Shown piece after piece: positions 54,593 to 64,000 of a DNA stretch of 64,000 nt. Under the pieces are notes generated by a model. It saw nothing but the letters and a program-made list of their open reading frames with translations, had not been told where the DNA came from and did not search any database. Numbering within the stretch: the stretch's first letter is position 1; every line of letters starts with the position of its first letter. The position numbers and the translations under genes are program-made. Where the stretch lies: NCBI GenBank assembly GCA_004431415.1, contig QPMI01000157.1:1-64000 (forward strand), in the 5' to 3' direction. This stretch comes from Cyanophora paradoxa CCMP329 (lineage: Eukaryota; Plantae; Glaucophyta).

Positions 54593-57110
54593 ATGGCACA
54601 ACGTGCGCCCGTCCAGCCACTTTGCCGTATCGCCGGTGCGGTGCTGGATGTGGCTTGACCGCAGCTTGCGCTCGCAGCGGTGGAGCACCACAAATGGAAG
54701 GACGTGCTCGGCGCGTACGAGCGCGCGTTGCAGAAGAAGAAGGCGGAGTCGCAGACCATCCAGGAGAAAGTGAAGCAGATCCAGGAGGTCAAAGCGACGC
54801 CGTTCATGCTGCACGCGCGGGCCGCGCCGCCCACGCGGCGGGAGTCGGAACCCTTCGTGGACACGGGCCTCGAGGGGCGCGACGTCGCCGTCCTCCGCGA
54901 CCCCACCGGCGAGGAGCGGCCCTACTGGTCCGCCCCGCGCCCCCGACGCGCCCCGGCCCCCCGCCCCGCCCCGCTGAGGCGGGCGCAGGGAGGGCGGCCT
55001 GGGCCCGCAGCTGCCCGAGTACGAGTGGACGCCCTCGCCCTCCGCCGGGGACTCCGCCTCCCAGCCCAACGCCTTCGTGCGCCCCGCCCGCCCCGCCCCG
55101 CCCGGCGCGCGCGCCGCCCGACGCCAGCGGGGTCCGCAGGAGGTGCTCAAGCGCTACGCGTCGGTGAAGGAGGAGGAGCCGGCGGCGGCCGCGCCGGGCC
55201 CGGCGGCGGCGCTCCCCGCCTTCCAGTCGCGCTCCATGAAGCCCCCCCGCAAGCCGCCCCGCCGGGACCCGCCGGCAGCGCCGGCAGCGGCGGCAGCGGC
55301 GCCGGCTCGCGGCCGGGGTCGCGCGGGGACGGGGCGGGGCAGAGGGGTCGGGGACGGGCGGGGGCAGAGCGGGGGTCGGGGGGCTCGGGCGGGGGCAGCC
55401 GCCCGGGAGCCGCCAGGGCGCCGGCTCCCAGCGCTCCAGCGGCAGCGGCTCGCAGCGCGCGACCACGCCGCAAGCCGGCTTCTTTGACGACGGCGCTGGG
55501 GCCGGCGCCGGCGCCGGGCCCGAGCGAGGCGCGTCGGCCGGCGCCGGCTCGCAGCGGGCGCGGCCCGGCTCCCGCGGGCCCCTCCCCGCAGGCGCCCCCG
55601 GCTCCGGTGGCGGGGGGCGCGGACCCGGCTCGGGCTCCGGCAGCCGCGGAGGCGCCGGCTCGGGAGGCGGCTCCGTGGCCGGCTTCGCGGGCATCGCCGG
55701 CGCCCTCGGCCGGCCGCAGTCGGGCGCGTCGGTGCCGGGCTCCTCGCGCGGCGTCTTCGGCTCCGCCGCCGAGGGGTACGGCGACGGCGGCGAGGGCTCG
55801 GACCCGGAGAGCCCCCCGCTCGGCGGTGCGCCCGCGCGCCTCGCCCCCGCGCACCCCATCTCACGCCGGCGCAGCGCTGGAGTGGACGGGCCAGTGGCCG
55901 CCGCCCCTGCCGCACGAGTCGGAGCTCGGCCCGGGCCCGCGGGGCGCCTCGCGGGGCGCCTCGCGGGGCGCCGGCTCGCAGGGCCGCCACGGCGCCGGCT
56001 CCGGCTCCGGCTCCCGCCCGGGCCCCGCCTCGGGCCTCGGCTCCCGCGCCGGCAGCCGCTCCGCCTCGGGCCTGAGGCCGGGTAGCCGGGGCGAGGCGGC
56101 GGCCTCGGGCGGCGCCGGCGCGGCGGCCGGGGTCGAGCTGGCGCTGGCGCGGGGCGCCTCGGCCTCGGCGGAGGCGGGGCCGGCGCGGGGCCACACGGCG
56201 GAGCGGGAGGGCGGGGCGTGGCGGGGCGCTCGGCGGGCCTGGCCGCCCAGTTCCTCGAGTTCGAGCTGCGCCGCATGGCCCGCGCCGCCCGCACCCCCTC
56301 CACCCCCTCCCGCCCCTCCTCCCGCCCTCCCTCCGCTCCCGCCAGCGCCCCCGCCGCGCCGGCCCCGGGGCGGGGAGCCCTCCCGCCGGGCCGCGGCGGC
56401 CTCCGCTGCATGACGCCCGACTCGGCCTCCGTCGCCTCCGCCCCGCGCCTCCCTCGGCCCCGGCCGCCATGGCCGCCCGCCGGGCTCCCCGCAGCGGCGG
56501 GGCCCGGCGGTGCAGACGCAGCCCTCGCCGGCCGCCGCCACCGCCCTCGCCCTCGTGCCCCCGTCCCGCTCCCCGCGCCCCCGCCTCCTGCTCCTCAACC
56601 CCCGCCCCCCCCGCCCCCGCGCTTCCGCCTCTCCCGCCCCTCCCCCGCGCCCCCGCCCCGCCCGCTCCCCGTCCCCGTCGGTGTCCCCGCCCGCCTCGCC
56701 CGCCCGCCCCCGGGGCCCGGCGGCCGCCCGGCGGCCGACCTCTCGTCCGCCGCCGCCCTCCTCCTCGCCTCCCGCCCTCCCGCTCCGCCTCCGCCCCCGC
56801 CTCCCCTCCCGGCCCCGCCCCGCCCCCCGCCCCCGCCCCGATCGCGAGCCGCCGCCCAGCCGCCCCCGGGGCCGCCGCCGGGGCGCCGCTGGCGCGGCCC
56901 CACACCCCTTCCTTTTCCCTTCTGAGGCCGCGGTCCCAGGCGGCTACTGCGGCGGGGGCCCCGAGCCTCGTGCGCGCGACGCAGCCCGTCGCGCTCAGCA
57001 GCGGCGCGCCGCCGCGGCCCTACTCCCTCAGCCCGCTGGCTCAGCTGCAGCGCGCCCCGTCCGCCCCCCACCTGCCCCTCCCCTCCAGCCTCTTCCCCAT
57101 CTCGGTGTAG
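54593..57110 (+). CDS. Unknown Gly/Ser/Pro-rich protein with a short N-terminal coiled coil
   Basis: MAQ/LALAAVEHHKWKDVLGAYERALQKKK...EERPYW/EGGLGPQLPEYEW..., ending SSLFPISV*. Confidence 0.6.
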
Positions 57111-57295
57111 CCTGCCCTGAGCTCGAGCCGTACGCGTGGCAACTGTGTCTATATATAATCGAATTGATCGAGTCCGAAAAGGTATTTCAGGGGGTACGAT
57201 AAGTTGGTGGCCTTCGGCCAAAAGTTCGGCGCAAGCCGTTGTGGCTTGAGCTATGAGCTTAAGCTTGAGCCACGAAGCTTGATGGGCTCTTCGTT

Positions 57296-57386
57296 GAGCT
57301 TGAGCTAGAGCTCAACGAGCTTGAGCTAAAGCTTAACGAGCTTGAGCTATAGCTTAACGAGCTTGAGCTATAGCTCAACGAGCTTG
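57296..57386. repeat. Tandem 21-bp repeat, 4.3 copies, each with an internal palindrome
   Basis: GAGCTTGAGCTA(G/A/T)AGCT(C/T)AAC x4; degenerate copies from ~57244. Confidence 0.9.
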
Positions 57387-58158
57387 TTCACGAGCTTGAT
57401 CATCCAGCTGCGGCTTGTGCTTGTTAGTTCCGAGTTGAATTAGTTCCGAGTACCCCACCCTCGCGATCGATGTCCGCGCTCCTCTCCTGGCGCGTGGGGG
57501 CGACTTTGATGATGTTGCGCATCAACTACATCCTCATTGGACTCGCGAACATCGATATCGGAGTCCCCCGCGCTTCTGTATTGAGCGTCGTGCTGAGCGA
57601 CACATTCGCGATCAGATGGTTCTTAGTGATCATGCTGTTTTTGAAGCCGGAGTCGCATTTCGACGGCGTATTTTCAAGTTTTGAGAAAATGGTCTGGAGA
57701 TATGAATCTTCTCCACCTTTTTAGCGTCTTTGCGGGGCGTGCAATACGTTCCTTGTGCAGCGAGACGTACGAACAGAACTTTGTATGAGATCTAGAGCCA
57801 GGAACTTAGAATCAATTAACGGCTTGCGCCGAAAATTCTCGTTTTTCAGGGGGTACGTGAGGCTCGCGCACGCCACATCAGCTAGCTATATAGCGATAGC
57901 TAGCGCTGCAGGCTAGACGACCCGGTCGTCTATTGCAATCGTGCTAGCGCTGTATACGTAGTGTTGCACATGTCCTAGGGTCGGAAGGTCCGACGCGTTT
58001 GATCATGAGCTAATGCTTCTGCTCATGATCACCTGATGTTGCAGCTGTCGAGTCCTTTTCATCTGGCTACCACGACCGCGACCGCGGCCGGATCATCGAT
58101 CATGGGAGGCGCTCGTTCGGCTCCAGTCGATCCACGACCTTCGGCTCCAGCACGCACA

Positions 58159-61100
58159 ATGGAGGAGCAAGCACTTGCGCATGCGCATGCAAGCGATCGC
58201 AAGACGCGTGCGCAGAAGAGCGAATTGCCGGAGAGCACGGGCTTGCGGCAGTATATCGAGTTGTTCCGTTTGCCGAATGAGGTGGTCTCGAGCTCGGAAA
58301 GCGCAACGTTAACTGGCCCGTTGCCATGGCCCCAGGCAATCGCAGCAGACAGCACAAAGCAGAGGCGGTGCCGCTTCAGCACGAAAGGGCCCTTCCAGCT
58401 CGCTACATCCGCCGACTCGGCCTTCTGGGTCTCCCGTGCGGCCCCTCCCTCTTGCTACCTTCGGGGGCGCGCGCTTCCGCTCCTTACGCTCACCAGAGGC
58501 TGGCCGGCTGTTCCGATGGAGGCTGACGCTGCTGGACGCCCCCGGCTGCGACGAGTTCGAAGAGGAGCAGCTGCCGGAGCTGCCGGTGTCGGGCCTCCAC
58601 CACGGGGCCCGCGACCGGCTGAAGCAGGTCGCCTGCGGGGCCAACTTCGTCTTCGCTCTCTCCGAAGAGGGCGTCCTCTTCGCGCGCGGCAGGTGGGTCA
58701 TCCGGGACAGAGGGCGTCCATTTGGGGCCGTAGCTGACGCTCCCGGGGCGCACCCGGGTGCAGAAACGAATCGGGGCAGCTGGGCCAAGACAGTGACGTG
58801 CCCCACAGTTACAGCCAATCCTTCCTGCGTGTGCCGTACAAAGCGCCGGTGGCGGCGGTGTCGGCGGGGCACGCCTTCGCTGCCCTCCTCACGGCGGGGG
58901 GCGAGGTGGCGACGTGGGGCGACAACTCTTACGGGCAGCTGGGGCACGGCCCGGCCGTCGGGCCCCTCCTTCGCCGGCCAACGGCAGTGAAGAGCCTCCA
59001 GCAGTGGAAGCCCTGCGTAAAACTTGCATGTGGTCCACATCATGTCGTCGTAATTGACACAGAAGACAATGTTATCGTGTGGGGTTGCACAGGCTTGCCT
59101 CGCTCTGACGCCGTGCGCCTGACCTTTGCTAAAATTTTGTGGCTCTGGCCTCAATCGATATCGTTATACTTTGCTGCAGGATCGGATGCGGGCGGTCCCT
59201 GGAGTGGTGCCCGGGGCACCGCGCGACGTTGTTCAGGTCGCCTGTGGAGGCGCCATTGGTGTCGACGGGCACACTGCCCTTCTTACTGGTGCATGCATAT
59301 GCCGCCGGTCCCCTTCGCGATCGGATCAATCCTTCAAAATCTACTCATGTATCTTTCGGACCTTGATGCTCAGCACATGGCAAGGTGTTCACATTCGGAC
59401 GCGCTGCCGAGTGTCAGCTCGGCCACCACTACGGATTCTGGGAGGCGCCTTGTTCTCAAGTGCAGGTCCGGATCCAGGATCCGATCATCCCCCCTTGAAC
59501 TTCTCCCAAATGAATGCCAGCAGATGGTAACAAGGTTGGTCCGGCTCGTGACAACCGTCTCTTGCAGTGCTGGCGCCACGTATCTGCGTGCTGGTGCATT
59601 CTTGTCTGTTCTACATATACGTATACACTATATGACCTAGTCAGTCTATGACCATGTTTATCTATGCGCATGCAGAAGACGGCGAGCTGTACCGTTTTGG
59701 CTCGGGTCAGTACGGTTTACAGCAATTAATAACTAATGTGCGTGATATCAATCGTCAAACATATATCGGCACGACTTGTTACATCAGGGCATACTTAATG
59801 CATTTGCCGCTTGACACGTTCACGTGCACGTGCGCAGAACCACGTGGCAGACATTGTCTCCTCCAGTTACCACACCATCGCAATCTGCGGTTTGCATTAA
59901 CACTGACAGTTGTATATTAACGTTGCTTGCCATTCGACATATAACAGCTCTTCCTTGCATGCGCATGCGCGTGCACAGTTGTCCGGGCGCACGCAAGGTT
60001 GCAGCAGACGGATCCAGATGCAGATCTTGCAACGAAGCTTCAAAGCGCACATTTCAAGTTCGAAATCGAGAAGGCTCTTATACTTAATAGTGTTGAACAA
60101 CAAAACGCCACGGTTTGTGGCTGGTTTTCCTGATGCTGTTCCGAGATTAAGTTGCTTCGAGTTTTAAATGTTTCCCTCTTCATCTTCAGAATTCTTCGCA
60201 TGCTTCGAACTCGAATTATGCTCCAGACGTCGATCCTGCTGCTGTGCAGTTGCATGCAGCTTCTGCCCGGCTTGCAGTTGAAGGTGAGCACGCCGAAAAT
60301 CAAAGTCTGCAGCTCTATTTTGATTTTAAGTAGTGCCGACCGATCCGCGAACCATGCGTGTGGCGGATGTGTCCGAGTGGCTTCGATCTCTTGATCTTGG
60401 AATGCTCGCGGCTTCCTTTGAGAACAATTGCGTGGATGGGATGGTGCTCTTAACGCTCACCGATGCTGACCTCCAGGGGGAACTCGGCATCTCGTCAAGC
60501 CTCATCCGCCGCAAACTTCTAATGAAGGCTAGTTCTTTGTTCGATTTTACGGTTTCAATTTCTCTGGTTTTCTCATACACTATTTGTTTAAATTACGTTC
60601 TTTCAGATCGGCGAGCTCGCGCAACAGCATAATCTTTCATCAGAGCGGCCTCGTGATCAGAACACTCAGGCTCACGCGTACGATCAGCGGCCTCAAGCTC
60701 TGGCAATTTCAATGCGCTTGCTGCCACCGGGGTGCTTGGTGTTCAATTGTTACCAAATTCACAATTCGAAACGTAACTGTCAGATTTGAGTTTCATGTGT
60801 TTCTGTCATATCGTCGTGCTGGAGGCTCTGATCGCTCCCACCTCCTTCGCGAGCGTCTCGCTGCTTTGGGGTTTATGCTTTCTTCCCCCTGCTTACAGCT
60901 GATGATTGCAATTGCTTTACCTGATGGATATCTGCAGGTACCGAGTGTTCATGGATGTCTCAGAGCTTGGACAAGGCACATTCGACCAGCAGCTTGTGGT
61001 AATTAAATTGTGCTCGATTCTCCACGAATTATTTGTCTTGACGGTGAAGCGCCGGTTTCAGACAAAGCTGCAGGCGTCAGTGCTTGTGGTGGCGGTTCTC

Positions 61101-61489
61101 ACGCCAGGAGCGTTAGATCGCTGCCGGATCTCTGCGGTGGGCTCGGAGAACGATTGGGTTCGCAAGGAGCTCACCGTCGCCTGCGAAAGCAAGAAGGCCG
61201 GCCGCTCTGCTCTCCTCTACTCTCATCGCCGCTCTAAAATATTGAACAGGCCATAGTTCCGGTTCTCGACCCGAGATTCGAATGGCCTGTCGATTTGCCT
61301 GCCGAGATCCGCGACCTACCTCGACATCAAGGTTAGCAAATCAGATTGCAATCGATATTGATCATGATGCTTCTGTGAACACATATATACCTTCGTACGG
61401 CAGGCGTTGTGTGGCAGCACGACTATGTCGATGCGTGCGTGGTCAAGCTCTGCCAGTACATTCAGAGCGCTGTCGACGCCGTGTCATAG
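58159..61489 (+). CDS. RCC1-repeat - SAM - SARM1-like TIR protein
   Basis: RCC1 repeats (QVACGANFVFAL, VSAGHAFAALLTAGGEVATWGDNSYGQLG, LACGPHHVV); SAM (VADVSEWLRSLDLGMLAASFENNCVDGMVLLTLTDADLQGELGI); TIR (VFLSYRR...DWVRKEL...IVPV). An alternative in-frame ATG lies at 58102. Confidence 0.85.
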
Positions 61490-61786
61490 TGTTGACTACG
61501 TCCATATATATATAGATTCCTTTGCTCCTTCATTTATATATATATATATATTATATTGTGTCCTTTGCTCCTTATATATATGTTGCAATTGATTGATTTG
61601 AACCCCATGCACATGCAATATGCTTCATGGCATGTGCATTAATCAAAGAGCACACCAAATCCCCTCCCCTCCACACCCTCCGCTTCTTCCCTCCCCTCCC
61701 CCCCCACCCCCCCCCCCCGCCCCCCTCGCGGGTCCCCCCCTCTCCCCTGCGGATCCCCGCAATCGCCCGCCGCCCTGCTTTGGGCG

Positions 61787-64000
61787 GCGCCGCCCAAGCG
61801 GCGGGAGTCGGAGCCCTTCGTGGACACGGGCCTCGAGGGGCGCGACGTCGCCGTCCTCCGCGACCCCACCGGCGAGGAGCGGCCCTACTGGTCCGCCCCG
61901 CGCCCCCGACGCGCCCCGGCCCCCCGCCCCGCCCCGCTGAGGCGGGCGCAGGGAGGGCGGCCTGGGCCCGCAGCTGCCCGAGTACGAGTGGACGCCCTCG
62001 CCCTCCGCCGGGGACTCCGCCTCCCAGCCCAACGCCTTCGTGCGCCCCGCCCCGCCCCGCCCCGCCCGGCGCGCGCGGGGGCCGTCTGACGCCAGCGGGG
62101 GCCCCAGGAGGTGCTCAAGCGCTACGCGTCGGTGAAGGAGGAGGAGCCGGCGGCGGCCGCGGCGGGCCCGGCGGCGGCGCTCCCCGCCTTCCAGTCGCGC
62201 TCCATGAAGCCCCCCGCAAGCCGCCCCGCAGGGACCCCGCCGGCAGCGCCGGCAGCGGCGGCCCCGGCGCCGGCTCCCGGCCGGGATCGCGCGGGGACGG
62301 GGCGGGGCGGAGGGGCGGCGACGGGGCGGGGCAGAGCGGGGGTCGGGGGCCGGGCTCGGGCGGGGGCAGCCGCCCCGGCAGCCGCCAGGGCCCCGGCTCC
62401 CAGCGCTCCAGCGGCAGCGGCTCGCAGCGCGCGACCACGCCGCAGGCCGGCTCCTTTGACGAGGGGCACGGCGCCGGGCCCGAGCGGGGCGCGTCGGCCG
62501 GCGCCGGCTCGCAGCGGGCGCGGCCCGGCTCCCGCGGGCCCCTCCCCGCCGGCGCCCCCGGCTCGGGCGGCGGGGGGCGCGGACCCGGCTCGGGCCCCGG
62601 CAGCCGCGGCGGCGCCGGCTCCGGAGGCGGCGCCGGGGCCGGCTTCGCGGGCATCGCCGGCGCCCTCGGGCGGCCGCACTCGGGCGCCTCGGTGCCGGGC
62701 TCCTCCCGCGGCGTCTTCGGCTCCGCCGCCGAGGGGTACGACGACGGCGGCGAGGGCTCGGACCCGGACAGCCCCCCGCTCGGCGGTGCGCCCGCGCGCG
62801 TCGCCCCCGCGCGCCCCATCTCACGCCGGCGCAGCGCTGGAGTGGACGGGCCAGTGGCCGCCGCCCCTGCCGCACGAGTCGGAGCTCGGCCCGGGCCCGC
62901 GGGGCGCCTCGCGGGGCGCCTCGCGGGGCGCCGGCTCGCAGGGCCGCCACGGCGCCGGCTCCGGCTCCGGCTCCGGCTCCTGCCCGGGCCCCGCCTCGGG
63001 CCTCGGCTCCCGCGCCGGCAGCCGCTCCGCCGCCGGCCCGAGGCCGGGCAGCCGGGGCGAGGCGGCGGCCTCGGGCGGCGCCGGCGGGGCGGCCGGGGTC
63101 GAGCTGGCGCTGGCGCGGGGCGCCTCGGCCTCGGCGGAGGCGGGGCCGGCGCGGGGCCACACGGCGGAGCGGGAGGGCGGGGCGTGGCGGGGGCGCTCGG
63201 CGGGCCTGGCCGCCCAGTTCCTCGAGTTCGAGCTGCGCCGCATGGCCCGCGCCGCCCGCACCCCTCCCGCCCCCCCTCCCGCTCCTCCCTCCGCTCCCGC
63301 CAGCGCCCCCGCCGCGCCGGCCCCGGGGCGGGGGAGCCCCTCCCGCCGGGCCGCGGCGGCCTCCGCTGCATGACGCCCGACTCGGCCTCCGTCGCCTCCG
63401 CCCCGCGCCTCCCCTCGGCCCCGGCCGCCATGGCCGCCCCGCCGGGCTCCCCGCAGCGGCGGGGCCCGGCGGTGCAGACGCAGCCCTCGCCGGCCGCCGC
63501 CACCGCCCTCGCCCTCGTGCCCCCGTCCCGCTCCCCGCGCCCCCGCCTCCTGCTCCTCAACCCCCGCCCCCCCGCCCCCGCGCTTCCGCCTCTCCCGCCC
63601 CTCCCCGCGCCCCCCGCCCCCGCCCGCTCCCCGTCCCCGTCGGTGTCCCGCCCGCCTCGCCCGCCCGCCCCGGGGCCCCGGCGGCCGCCCGGCGGCCGAC
63701 CTCTCGTCCGCCGCCGCCCTCCTCCTCGCCTCCCGCCCCTCCCGCTCCGCCTCCGCCCCGCCCTCCCCTCCCGGCCCCCCGCCCCGCCCCCGCCCCGCCC
63801 CCGATCGCGAGCCGCCGCCCAGCCCGCCCCCGGGCCGCCGCCGGGGCGCCGCTGGCGCGGCCCCACACCCCTTCCTTTTCCCTTCTGAGGCCGCGGTCCC
63901 AGGCGGCTACTGCGGCGGGGGCCCCGAGCCTCGTGCGCGCGACGCAGCCCGTCGCGCTCAGCAGCGGCGCGCCGCCGCGGCCCTACTCCCTCAGCCCGCT
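61787..64000 (+). repeat. 5'-truncated direct duplicate of 54824-57037; continues past the window end
   Basis: Near-identical including introns, with scattered substitutions and indels. Confidence 0.92.

Noticed and set aside
57296-57386. Possible CRISPR array
   Set aside because: Repeats are contiguous, with no unique spacers and no cas genes.
61503-61580. (TA)n tract with a duplicated TCCTTTGCTCCTT
   Set aside because: Ordinary simple repeat in a 3' flank.

Overview
Eukaryotic nuclear DNA, very GC-rich (by eye ~75-80% in most genes, ~50% in two valleys), densely packed with genes split by short (~55-80 bp) GT-AG and frequent GC-AG introns. Most entries in the ORF track are shadow ORFs or exon/intron fusions. 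IFT52 indicates a flagellate. A bacterial-type IleRS whose leader starts MAGPAFAV suggests a plastid-bearing alga, most likely a glaucophyte such as Cyanophora (inference). Contents, left to right: two divergent unknown genes; an intronless virus-like cassette (YqaJ exonuclease, orphan ORF, frameshifted GNAT) with a shared upstream motif and three tandem ~51-nt hairpins; a MYND gene interrupted by a young gag-only LTR retroelement, whose PBS matches a tRNA-Pro encoded in an IleRS intron and whose LTRs carry tRNA-like 3' halves; a bacterial-like TIR-TM-WD40 gene; PLAC8; organellar IleRS; a granulin gene; IFT52; an M16 peptidase; a coiled-coil/PH gene; an RS/RD-rich gene; an LRR gene; a low-complexity gene with a partial duplicate; and an RCC1-SAM-TIR gene whose TIR closely resembles the SARM1 NADase domain. 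Many single-base frameshifts, often in G/C runs, are probably long-read errors. Gene models and family calls were made by eye, without database searches.
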